Assembly: GCA_046563655.1 (NCBI GenBank)
Contig: CM102289.1
Location: forward strand, 8,370,001-8,434,000
DNA length: 64,000 nucleotides
Origin: Yuukianura sp. NJ FZ-2021
Lineage: Eukaryota
Direction of reading: 5' to 3'
The notes under the pieces are model-generated. The model was not told the origin of the DNA. It ran no database searches and was given only the letters and a program-made list of their open reading frames with translations. Position numbers and translations under genes: made by a program. Shown here one piece after another: positions 39,533 through 52,030 of the stretch (positions within the stretch are counted from its first letter, which is position 1; every line of letters starts with the position of its first letter).

Positions 39533-40361
39533 CCGAAAACTCGCGAAGCGAGTTTTTGGTAGATTAGTACCTCGATTAACTCAGTTTTTAACGCTGATTC
39601 CGAATCTGCAATCGGTTTTGGGCGGTCTCGTCGTTTTCTATTTTTTTTATTGATTTAAAAAATTGAATCCGCGTTTTCGACTTTCAGAGTTCTCGTAAGT
39701 TTACTGCTGTACAGGTTGCACTAAAACTAAGAATACATATTAGATTCAATCGCAAGAACATTACTAATAAGGATGGATAGCTTAGCCTGTGTTACCGCGC
39801 CGAAGGCGCGGCGTTAGGTTTGGTTAAAGTACGCAATAGGGAGGGACTACATCTGAACGTTCGTATTATCGTATTGTCTAAATTTAGGTTTGGTAAAGTA
39901 GTTTAGCCTAGGTGTCTCACAAAACTTTTCCAGTTAGCCGTCGTTCCATAGCCCATCTTCCTTCCGTCCTCAATCAATTCATGACGAATATCTTCGGTTG
40001 AGTAATTTCGTACCATCATATAGGTCACCTTTAAGATTTTTCCGTACCGGACCTGACCATCATAGCCCCACACTTGTCACACTTACACTCTGTCGGAATC
40101 AACTTCTTTGTTTCCAAAAACTCAGACACTCCAATCGTCCTTCCTTACAAAACTCGATTTTAATGAAGTTGTAAAAATCTATAGACTTAGGGGCAGCCAT
40201 TTTGAAACTCGGAAGGATACTAACCCGCTATTTACTGTGAAATAAAAATAAAATAGAAAGCGACGAGACCGCTCAAAACCGATTGCAGATTCGGAATCAG
40301 CGTAAAAAACTGAGTTAATTGAGATATTTATCTCAATTATACAAGCTTCGCGAGTTTTCGG
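39533..40361. mobile_element. Non-autonomous TIR element (MITE), 829 bp, TA target-site duplication
   Basis: Termini CCGAAAACTCGCGAAGC / GCTTCGCGAGTTTTCGG. Further inverted identity over ATTAACTCAGTTTTT(A)ACGCTGATTCCGAATCTGCAATCGGTTTTG(G/A)GCGGTCTCGTCG. TA on both flanks (39531-39532, 40362-40363). No ORF. Confidence 0.85.
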
Positions 40362-40384
40362 TAGGAGTTCCGCACAAATCATCA

Positions 40385-40931
40385 ATGGCTGACGATAACA
40401 TGAGCTCAGGATCCACGGAAGAGGCTATGGCCCAAGGTTCCACGGCAGTAGCGGTACGTTTGTTTGGTGTAAATAAAACCAATGTGGATGTACTAAATAC
40501 TTGCCGTTAACTTTCTCAAAAGTGAAAGCTAATAAGTTGTTTATTTCTTTGATCAAGGAGCTGGAAAAGCAAGAAGAAGCAAAGTTGAATACAAGGTATC
40601 CTGGAGCCATGAAACCAATGGCTGGTCATTCAGCATTTCTACAAAAGCGGCTCGCCAAGGGCCAGAAATATTTCGATTCTGGGGATTATCAAATGGCGAA
40701 ACAAACAGGGAAATCAAATGTAAACATCTCCGACCAACCAATCTTTTACGTTCGTTTGCCTCTGTGAAGCTCAAACTGACTCTTTTCGTTTCTTTTGTAT
40801 TGCAGAACTTATTTCCGTCTCGGATGATGCCACCGATTTTGTCCGTTGCTCCTGAAATACCAACACCAGAAACCGTGCCACATAGAAAAGCGAGCTTGGT
40901 CCAGCAATCGAAACTTGCCAACGCTAACTGA
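40385..40931 (+). CDS. endos: Alpha-endosulfine / ARPP-19 (3 coding exons)
   Basis: [22 protein letters not shown] (Greatwall site), EEAKL, and [13 protein letters not shown]. Confidence 0.96.
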
Positions 40932-41723
40932 AAAAAACAATGATGATTGAAGTGAAAACGCTAAAACTCGTGGGGAGCTATTTGTATCAAAAGTTCATTA
41001 TGTCAAACGTCGTGCACTTCCTCTTACCGAAAATATGTAAATGAGATCTCTCCAAAATCGTTTCTCATTATTAGCGTAAAGTCCCTTTTCTTAAATTTTT
41101 TGTATAAAATGTCATAAAACCGCTGTAGCTTAATCTCTTAACGTTTAATCCTTCCTCGTCGTAACAAAATTAAACTTATAAGCCGGAAATGCATGGTGAT
41201 TGGGTCAGGAAAGACATTTGGTTAGGTATTGTTCTTTCCATTAAATTGAACATCATTGTTCAATGTTCAATTTAATCGTTAGTTAAATGTGAATAAATCC
41301 AAGTGTTTCGACTTTTACAAATATATTTCATTTCCAATTACTCTAACAAATGTGGTAATCTTAAATATACTGGAACAATATTTACCTTACACCTCATTTT
41401 TTAACCTTATAGCATTCGAGGACAAAGTTTCACACAACAAGTTTAGAAAGGCAACAGAACAAGGTGGATTATCCATAAGTAAACAATTATTGACAACCGT
41501 AGCTTAGCAACCATTTTTAGATCTCTCTGTAAATTATTGCAGTGTGAAAGGAAAAAGAGGTTAACAAAATTTTGGAATTCTGCACGGGCAATTTTTAAAA
41601 TGAGGATCTCAATTAACTCAGGAAAATAGGAAGAAAACTTATATTTTTTGGTTAAATTGGTAAGTAAATTAGTAGTTTTTGATTACTGTAGAATAATTAT
41701 TAGATAAAGATAGTAACAGGCTT

Positions 41724-44239
41724 TTACAATTCGCTCTTCTTAGGCTTGCCGCTGCGGTCATAACCGTTCAGTTCATTGGTAGCATGCTCCGCAATGTATT
41801 TGATAAAGTCATCAGCTTCACGGCCACCTTCGTACTTGACTGGCTTCCCACCATTCGGAATCCAGAAGAGTGTGGGGAATCCACGGACTTCGAATGTCGA
41901 AGGAACGTCGTTAGCTGTGGCGTCCATCTTCACAATGGCAACATCCTCGCCCTTCAACTACAGGAAACAAAACAGTTCAGTTAGTAAACTAAACTAGCTA
42001 AAGATCGTGCATTGGCGAGTTATCAAAATGTCAATCTTACTTTCGTGGCAATTTCGTCGTAGATTGGTGCCAACTTCTTGCAGTGTCCGCACCTAAAACA
42101 GCGGGAAGACTCAAATTAATAAGTAGATAGATACAGCATTGATAACGAGACACAATTGTAACTAACCATGGAGCATAGAATTCGATTAGCGTATCCTTTC
42201 CGTTGTTGGTAACAACTTCATCGAAGTTCTTAGCCACGGCTACGATGACTGGGTGATCTTGTGCTGCTGGAATTGGCTCAGACTTGAGGAATGGCTCCAA
42301 CTCTCCTGCCTTCAATTGCTTCAGGAACTTGGCGAAATCTTCAACACTAAAAATATAATCGGATGATGAAAACGTATGAACTTGAATCAACATCCTCAGA
42401 TTTCTTCAAACATACGTGAAATCTCCAGACAAGATGAACTTCTCGCCCTTGGAATTCTTGGCGGTGACAATTGGTTTGTCAGATGGATGGTAGTCAATGC
42501 CGAATTCGTTCATCTCATGCTGTAGAATAGAATTGGTGGATCAAAATCTCATGTGAAAACATGTAAAGATTAAGACTAGATATAACATTCATGTGTGGAA
42601 AGTGTTTTACCTGGAAGTCATCTTTGGAGCTAACAGCGAAAGTGAAATCATTCTTGAAATCTTGAGCAACCTTGAGAATACGGTTTCTCCAGTAGTTGGT
42701 TCCTTTGGGATTCTTCTTGTAGTCAACGCCATAGTAGGCAACAACAACTGGTTGTTGGAAGTCTTTTGCTGAGTCTTGAGTGCGAATTCCGACCAAACCG
42801 TAACTATAATGCAAAGAAACATAAGAGTGTTTAGCAGTTGGATTAGAATAATAGGAACTTACTATTCTATATAATAATAGGAACTTTTTAGTAGACAACT
42901 TACTATTCCTTGTTGATGAACTTTTCGATATCGTCTTTATCAAAAGCACCATCATAAACGACAAAGTCAGGCTCGAATTTGTTAGCATAAATCTTAGGAC
43001 GGTAGAGTACCAAGGTGTCTTCCTTCTGAGCGGCTTTTCCGAGAACATCAGAGTTGCTGGTGTGTGCAAATCTTGCCTTCTCTCGGAGTTTATCAGCAAC
43101 CTTGTGGAATGTCTTCTCCAGCTTAGAATCAGCAGCCTACATAAAATTGTAATTTCAAACATTATTTATAATGCTTGAAGATTATGATTAAGTAGGAAAC
43201 ACTTACAAAGAATCCAACAACTCCAGTGTCGTCTTTCTCGATGAAGGAAGTAAATTCTTTGACAGTCTTAATCTCCTTTGAAGCAGGGCCAACCTGACTC
43301 TTCATGTACTTCACGATTCCAGCTGCGGAAAAACAAAAGAACAAAGAAAATAAGATTACGAATTCAAATTTGATTTTGATTGACTTCAGTGTATTGAATT
43401 TTAGAATTCAACGTTAATTGTTAGAAAATATTCGAAAGATGACTTTGAATTTTGAAAAAAAAAATTAATGCGCGGAAGCATTCCTGGAAATGCCACTGCC
43501 CTTCTGTCCTTCGGCCATGACAGGCCGGCGTAGTCAATCACACGTTTGAGAATACAAAAAAGCTATTAAAACTTTTCGAAGTGCCACGTCGACAATGTTT
43601 ACACAAATGTAAATTACCGGCTTCTCTTGGGCCATTGTATTCGGTGCTGAGATCACCGTTCTTGAAAATCTTCAAGGTGGGGTATCCTGAGACAGAAAAC
43701 TTGCTGCAAGTGTCCTTGCCAGCTTCAGTACAATCGACCTAGCAACAAAACAGCATTTTAAACTTGACCACGTAATGCGACGACGTACTACTACTGTCTC
43801 TTCTCTGTTCTCTCTTCAATCAACCCGAAGTCCGTTAACAATGTAATTAATGAGACGTGGAACAACATCTATTATTATACGAATTCATCCGTCTGTGCTT
43901 GCAAAGATGACAATACCTTGGCGAGGTAAACCGGAGGATCTTCGCCCTTCAAGAGAGTTGCTGCTTTCTCGAATTCGGGTTTCAGTCGTTTACAGTGTCC
44001 GCACCTGAGTTACATGGAAAATATTAACATATTGCGAATAGACCTTGCAAAATACTTCTATAACTGGACAATGACAATGTCAATTACCATGGGGCATAGA
44101 ACATGACAAGCGTGTTTTCCAGAGCAGCCAATTTGTTGTCAAAATCGCTGTCGCCCAACTCCAGGACATCTGACTCTCCTGCATACGTACTGCCAAGGAC
44201 GCAGCTCAAAAGAACGATGCTCCATAACTTCAGATTCAT
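41724..44239 (-). CDS. PDIA3: Protein disulfide-isomerase A3 (ERp57/ERp60), multi-exon
   Basis: Signal peptide [16 protein letters not shown], two FYAPW|CGHCK active sites, [22 protein letters not shown], and C-terminal KSEL. Confidence 0.96.
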
Positions 44240-46923
44240 GGCTGTCACTTCTTCCGCTAATCGAAATTAAGTTAAATTAAGTTCTAAACGATTACCACAG
44301 TAGAAACTCTCTCCTCGAACGCCGGTTACCAAATGACGTGTACTAAAACAGTTATCTGCCTTCCGCTAGTTCTTTATTATAGCCTCTATCAACCGAACGG
44401 CCACACATGCCTTACGTTGCACCGTTAAATGTGATCAAGGAAAAATTTAATTACTAGTTGTCAGGGATGTCAAACATACTTAAGTCTCAATGCCCGTCGC
44501 CCGTAATGTTAATAAAATATTTTTTGTCAATAGAATATAGTCCATATTTTGGGGTATTTAGCATATATTTTTGACATAAACTGTGGCACAATTTTTTGAC
44601 CGAGCATAAAACAAAATAATCATTGTAAATATTACTTTCGCGGTACGGTAATAACATTGTTATATCAAATATGCTTTAGCATTAGTTAACTAACTGGCTA
44701 CATAATCAACCTTAGAATTTGTGTGGAAAAAAAAGGTTGCCCTAACTTTATAGATACTAATTTTTACGTTTATGATTGTAGTGTCATTTTAATTTCCGGA
44801 TTTGTCAATCCACCAAGTAGCCTCCTCCAACCGCGCAAAACTTATCAACATTGGGCACATGTCTCCGAGTAAGTTTAATTATATTCAAAATTATTTTCAT
44901 TATGGAAATTTTCTTCGCTAAACTTTATTTTTATTACTCATATGTAAACAAACGCTATGTGTTAAAAATTTGTGATTATTCGTATTCCTTTTATTTTAGC
45001 TTGTTCTGGTATTATTATTCAATGCCCAGTTTACTATTATAAGTTGAATCAACATTACGATGACGAGACGTTTTTCGTGTTCGTCCTCTTTGAACTCCCG
45101 TTGTGTCCGTGCTTGAACCCAATGGTTTTTGCGTTGGCCTCATTTGATTGGTGGAGGCCGTTTGTGGGTTCGTCCTCTTTCATTACTCGTCACAAGTTCC
45201 ATTCAAATACAAAGGGCGGATTTTCTTTTGTTTTGACATTTGACACATTATCTCCCGCGAAGAAACACAGATGACACAAGAATAGCGATTTCCATCCTGC
45301 AACTAGCCGAATGTTATCTCATCTCTTTATCTCCCTACTGCATATCCCGTTGTTATCCGCCGTAGAGTCTCCCGGTCCCGTTGTGTCTGTGTCCTTGTGT
45401 ATATGTGTGTCTGACCACTTCACTTTCACTGCCAGAGATGCGAGTGCGAATGGTACGCAGGCGCCATGTCAATATTATGGTCTTTGGGAGGAATGATCGA
45501 ACTTGAAAAGAAACTCAACATTCACTCCAACTTTGGTTCTTACTGCAGGATCACACTTCATTCATTCGCAAGGAAGGACGGGAATTGGACACACGAACAT
45601 AATTCAACATCCATTGTTGTGTTGTCATCCATCATCACTATCTAAAACCTACACAAAATTCCACTAAATTGTAAGTGACATAAACTTATCTAATCAAATG
45701 GATACTCAACAACAGTTGCATCAACGGAAACAGACAACCCAGTTACTCGTTGACAGTTGTGCTCCCAATTACTGGTTCTATTAAAACTAAAGGCGACATC
45801 GACAACAAACCTGCCCTTGTGAACTACATGATCAAATGAGGTCAGTCAGCTGTTTTGTCATTAATCGATTAATTGCGTTGCATTGTAAATCTTATTGTTT
45901 TTGTTTTGATAGTTAAACTGTATCGTATACTTATAGCAGTATCAAGTCAACCTATTGTGTACGTATACTGGCGTAGCTACTAACTAAGTTATGTAACGGC
46001 AGGATTTCGGTGATGACAAATTGGGAAGTACGGGGTGAACCAGGTTATCGGGTGATTGTCTTATTACTATTGCCATGTTATGTCTAGTAGTCCGAATAAG
46101 CTTTGATGCCAAAGTTGTACCTAACTCGTGGACAGTGGACGTCACGGTTAATGATTTGTTGTGCTAAATTGTGAATTGGAATAGTTTTTTGTTTGTAAAC
46201 TACCTACGCAAACTTGGTTCATTCCGCGTGTAGCTATTTCGGTAACCTTTGGACATAAGGTTTGATTGTCAGGCGGAGAACTTTTATTTAGTCAAAGTCA
46301 GACTGGTATTTTTATCAGTGTCACTGTCAGGTCAAACTTCAACTTCGAGGTTAGACCATTAACAAATCTCAGTTGATTCTCCGTCGTACTTTTATACTTA
46401 TCGATATAAAGTTAAATTAATTCTCGCCTCCGCCACATTAATTTTGTTCCTTTTTTGTTGATTTAACCAGGCGCAGAGACAGACCTACAAAAAATCGCTG
46501 AGGAACTACGTATTGAAGACGTCTAAGATTCTCCAAACTGTCGCAATAGTTTTCTGTATCGCAAGTCGTCCACTTACTTCCACCATCGAAAACTACATCG
46601 CCATTTACTAATTGCCAATTGATTTGAAGGAAGTTCAAGGCGGGAAACGAGGATAAGTACATCCGGCCAACGTCAACGTCTCTATTCATGTTCGTTCCTA
46701 AAGTCGAACTCTGTGTGAATTCCTTATCATTGTACAACAATAACGGTGGATTGCTGTCAGTTTAACAAACATTGGTGAACAGTTTCGAACATTACCAGCG
46801 AATTGCTAATTCATTGACTCTTGACTGAATTTCTTCAACTACTTCGTTGTCGAGGAAGAAGGAGCTATCAATTGCAAATTGAAAATCAACCCTACTTATT
46901 ATTCGCATCACGTCAACTGCAAC

Positions 46924-47038
46924 ATGGCGCTCCAAAATACCAAATGGGTTATTGTCGCAATAGCCTTCGCGTATACCGTAACTTCTGTCCATGGCGGATG
47001 GCAAGATGACCAAAAACCACGACTCCAACTTGATACAG
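46924..47038 (+). CDS. First coding exon of a secreted or membrane protein, probably semaphorin-1a-like; gene continues beyond the window
   Basis: MALQNTKWVIVAIAFAYTVTSVHG signal peptide, then GWQDDQKPRLQLDT-G|gtaagc. This resembles remembered insect Sema-1a mature N-termini (W...P(K/R)L....G). No downstream coding exon recognised up to 64000. Confidence 0.5.
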
Positions 47039-48130
47039 GTAAGCAAAGAAATTCGTTTTTCATAGTATTTAGTGCGTAAATGGCTACAATCAAGTGCTTT
47101 TTAAAAGATTTTGCTTAAATCATGCAATCCAAATGGAATCAAATCTTGGTTGAAGCAGGCTTTACGTTCACTCATTGTACCCACAGCTCAAATTTGCACA
47201 ATCAGTGCAAATTAGTATTCGTGCCTTACAATTTTGATTTCGAAAGGCAAACTAGGCTTTATACTTTTTCTTGACCTCTGATAAAAAGCTTGCTTAAACT
47301 GATTGAAGAATTCACACTTTGCGGTGAAAGTTGTTGCTAAAAAGTGCAGTTAAGTTATCTGACTGGAGTAATCAAATTAACTTGTGTGTTGGTTGCATTG
47401 TGCGGTTTTCATCTTCATCAACAGAGACACCCAGCCTCATAAAATTTAATTATTGCAATTGAACTACTCACGGAACTTAAAAGCCCACAGCACAGTGGTC
47501 TTAATTAATAAATGTTTGAATACTGGCAGTACTAAAAGGTAGAGTGGGTGCTTTTGCTTTGCTTTGGATGAATTTGAGATCAAAATCAGATATGAAACAA
47601 GATTTATCTTCTTCCTGCCGTTGCTTTGATAGTTGTTCATTGTTCACAATAAAACGGGCATGGAAACACGTTTCGTGCTAAAGCTTAATTGAACTTTCGA
47701 ATTGTCACTGTGCGAGTGTGAGTCAGTTTAAAACATCTTGATCAACAAATTATTCTGAACGGCTTTTCGCATTCGGCACATACCAAAACAAAGCATTTTA
47801 AAGTCATGCTGAGCTGCGTTTGTAAGTAATGTTTATGGACAAGACATGAACAAGTTAATGGTTAACATTACGACAGTCGGAAAGTTGCGTTGATGTCTCA
47901 TTCTTTTCTAGCGGTTTAATGCCCCCTAAGTCAGCACTTTTCAAGATGACTAACAATTGTGGAAGCTTAAATTTCAAATGCTGCTGTAATGTGTACAACA
48001 GAGCATGAACAAATTGGAATTATTAATTTTATGGGACCTTGTCAGTTTATGTGCTTACTCGTCGCAGAAATTTCACACACTTCAGTTTTTTTTTGTTAGT
48101 TTAAAAGATGTAAACAGCGTTTGCTTGAGG

Positions 48131-50040
48131 TTATTAAGTATCGTCAGATACTTATAGGGATCGTAATGTCCGTCCGTCCGTCTGTCTGTCCGTCTGTCTG
48201 TCCGTCCGTCTGTATACTAGCTACAATATCTCTGGAACCGCTGGACCGATTTTCAATCTGTCTTCACATATGAACTACACATGGTCCAGGGGTGGACAAG
48301 TGGTTTCCGGTTTGACCGGAAGTGGCCAACTTCCGGGTCAAAGGTCAAGGTCAAGTTCATTTTCGACGGAATTTGGAAAAATGGTCTCTACAAAAGTTGT
48401 TCATCTCAATGAGAGGAACAACTTTTCTGTCGGTGATCTTGACCTTTGACCTACGGTTCTAGAGATATAGGCGCTGCAAGTTACAAAATGGCGTCGCTCA
48501 TACTACGAGAGTCTATAACTTTGGAACCACTGAACCGATGTTCAACCTGTTTTTGCAGTTGACCTTCGCGTGGTATGGGGGCGACTAATCGGTTTCTGAT
48601 TTTACCGGAAGTGGCCAAATTCCGGGTCAAAGGTCAAGGTCAAGTACATTTTTGACGGAATTTGGAAAAATGGTCTCATGGAATGGTACAATTCGGAAAC
48701 GGATGGACCGATTCGGAAGTGGTTTCCGAGGATGGATTTTTGACGACGCGAGGACTAAAATTCCGAATGTTGTTTGACCTCTAGTGACCTCGAACAATAT
48801 CAGAGGTCTCGGTCAACAATTTGCCGCGCCGGAACTCTCTATCATTGATCTGACGATACTTATTTACGTCGTCTTTGCAAGAAGTTTTTTGCTAAAAATA
48901 AACTTCTTGCAAAGACGATGTAAATAAGTATCGTCAGATCAATTATAGAGAATTCCCACGCCGGATATTGTTGACCTAGACCTCTGATATTGCTAGAGGT
49001 AACTTGAGGTCAAAGAGCATTTGGCATTATATTAATATTAATGCTAATATTATATTAATTAATATTATTAATATTAATATGTATACATTAATAAATATTA
49101 ATATATACAATATTAAAATTAATTAATTTTAATATATATATATGTATATATATATAATATTAATTAATATATTATTAATAATATTAATCCTCGCGGCGTC
49201 AAAAATCCATCCCCGAATTGTGGAAAAAAAGATGACCTTGACCTTTGACCCTGCTAGAGGCCACTCAAGCTCATCAAAATCGGATCCCCGCATTCCCCTT
49301 TCGAGTCTGCCCATCCGTTTCCGTGATGTAAATGGAGCATAACCTTGACCTATGACACCAATAGAGGTCACTTAAGGTGAATCCAAAAACTGATTTTTAG
49401 TCATCTGGTTTGTAGTTACTCATTAAAAAGCTGCAAGGTCACAAAGTTGTTGTCTCAATGCGATGAACACCTTTTGTAAGGGTCATTTTTTTGATTTCCG
49501 TGAAAAAATGTGCTTGACCTTGACCTTTGACCCGGAAATTGGCCACTTCCGGTCAAACCAGAGACCGATTAGTCACCTCTGTACCATGTGAAGGTCATCT
49601 GCGAAAACAGGTTGAAAATCGGTCCTGTGGTTCCTGAGTTATAAACGCGCGTAGAATGAGCGACGCCATTTTGCAACTTTCATCGTCTATATCTCCAGAA
49701 CCGTAGCTCAAAGGTCAAGGTCACCTACAGCAAAGTTGTTCCCCTCAATGAAATGAACAACTTTTGTAGAGGCCATTTGTCCAAATTCCGTCGAAAATGT
49801 ACTTGACCTTGACCTTTGACCCGGAAGTTGGCCACTTCCGGTCAAACCGAAAACCACTTGTCCACCCCTGGACCATGTGCAGTTCATCTGTGAAGACAGA
49901 TTGAAAATCGGTCCAGCGGTTCCAGAGATATTGTGGCTAGTATAGTCGGACGGACAGACGGACGGACAGACGGACGGACAGACGGACGGACAGACGGACG
50001 GCCATTACGATTCCTATAAGTATCTGACGATACTTAATAA
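48131..50040. mobile_element. Fold-back of two DINE-1/Helentron-associated (HINE)-like elements, tail-to-tail
   Basis: Ends TTATTAAGTATCGTCAGATACTTATAGG / CCTATAAGTATCTGACGATACTTAATAA. Each arm has a (GTCC/GTCT)n microsatellite, a subterminal inverted repeat AAGTATCGTCAGAT...ATCTGACGATACTT and a ~290-bp internal duplication. The symmetry centre is at about 48890-48895. Confidence 0.85.
49026..49188. repeat. Almost pure A/T low-complexity tract inside the right arm of the fold-back
   Basis: (ATTAAT/ATAT)n tract, absent from the left arm. Confidence 0.9.
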
Positions 50041-51920
50041 TGTTAGAACAGCAGGAACTACTATGAAGAAGGAAGTTATTGCTTGCGGTGACAGTGTTCA
50101 CTGTTGTAGTGAAGGCTTCAAGTAGATGACGTGAAGAAAATTGAGCAAATATTGCCTTTCTAATTGTCTTTTATGAAATTTAATAACTGTCACTTGAGGA
50201 CAAGCGGGCATTTCAGAGCCTATAATTGGCTTTGTCGACTGTTTGGGAAATTTTGGGGCCGTAACTTACACTTTAGGAAGTTTGTATTAAATTGCGTCTA
50301 ATTGAAAATAATACCATTTTGGAAATTTGAGAATTTGGTTCAAACAGACAAAAGCTAAGATGGTTTTTGTGTTTTTCGGAATTTTGGCAAATAACTAATC
50401 GAATTGAGTATTTTTGTAATTCTCAGGCACGGCAAGATTTTCGGCATTTTTTTGTTCGTACTAAACGGTTTGCAAGATTCGTTTTTTGAAAATTATTTGA
50501 AAATTTTAAACGTGTCTAAACTACTAGTTTGCACTTTGATTTTTTTTCACTTTGTGAATTTCGAGGTATCCAATTTTCAAATTTATTTCAATGCATTTGG
50601 CTTATTTTTAAATCTAAGTGAAAGTAGAATAACTTCTTATTCAAAATGGGATGAAATTTAGTTGGCTAACTTTGTTTGAGTGAAGTTAAAAGTTTAGAAA
50701 GTATTTCCAGTATTTGCTTGTACAGCTTGAGGTAAAATAGGAGACATTTTCTTTTTGAGAGGATCATGATGGCGGGTTGGTGTTCCGTAATGGCCAAGTT
50801 TCTTCCGTTTTTCGTTTTTTTGAAAAAAAATTCTATTCTTTTCTTTTTGGCAGCTGTTGGCTAAAAAGTAAAAAGAAAGTTTTATCTTGTCTATTCTTTT
50901 TCTTTTTGTTGGAGGAGCCTTTCTAACGTCCTCGTCATTTCTCGATTCCGTTCTTGTCTTTTCTCCAATATGCGTATGAAATGCTTTCTCTTCTGCCTCG
51001 TCGGCTCCTTCACTATCTCTTTTCATTTTTTTATGGCTGGAAGTGACTAGAAGATTTCCCTGAAATGACTTTCACTTTTTTTGAACTTGGGTTTTTACTT
51101 TTTTTGAGGTTTTTCTGTCTTGTGAATTATCGGAGGGGAAACGACTATTTTATGGCGAGTTTGGTTTTTCTAGTTAAAACTTTATAGTCGTTAATTTTTT
51201 TTCCCGGGAGAATTAATCAGTTTTCGAAATTTTGAGACAGGACTGAGATTTTCGTGACGGTGAATACAATGGTTGTTAGACACTTTGAGTTTCCCATGGA
51301 ATATTTAGAAAGTTTTAAATGGAAAACTAAAAGAAACGAAACAGGACAAAAACTAGTGAAAGTTGGGCACGGAAGTTTGAAAAAGGAGGTTAAACTTGGT
51401 ATCGAACTATTTTGACTTAAAGGTATATCAATAGCTAAGGAGAAAAAAAAGTAAAATAGGGATTTAAAAAGTTTTTGAACTTTTGAACTCACTGTAAACC
51501 GTGCGTCAATAATCTAACCAAAATCACATTGCTTTCTCTTTTATACATTTTTTTAGGCTAAACTTCTTTTTTTCGAGTAGTTTTCCAACACAATTCAAAG
51601 TTTTCATGAATGGAAACGCCAAACTTCTTTTCTTTGTTCGAAACTAAAAGTTGTACACAAAACAGGTCAGCCATAAGAATTGTCATTTTCGAAATTCAAA
51701 AAAAAAAGTTTTAGTTTTCGTTTTGTCGTATTACTGGTTGTTAAAGTTTCTTTCGTCGATGCAATTAGGAAGTTTAAGTTTAGGTTTTTCTAGATACACA
51801 GGAGTCCATTTTCCCATGGAATTTTTAGCAGATGGAGAACGGAAAAAATTTGTACTAAAATTCGAATTTTCTTGTTTAAAAAAAATTCTAAAACTCGTCT
51901 TTTTTTTGTTTAAGAAATCT

Positions 51921-52030
51921 GAAATTCGACTTTTCTTGTTGAAAAATGGTGAAATTTGGCTTTTCTTGTTAAGGAATTGCAAAATTCGGCTTTTCTTGTT
52001 AAATTAATTTTGGGATTTCGCTTTTCTTAT
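51921..52030. repeat. Degenerate ~30-bp tandem repeat, about 4 copies
   Basis: The core CTTTTCTT(G/A)T recurs at about 30-nt spacing. Confidence 0.7.

Noticed and set aside
46438..46740. 100-aa minus-strand ORF
   Set aside because: Antisense to the likely 5' UTR exon of the plus-strand gene, non-ATG start, no recognisable domain.
48131..50040. Fold-back considered as an assembly artefact
   Set aside because: The arms differ by many substitutions and large indels, unlike a chimeric-read inversion. Long-read confirmation is still desirable.
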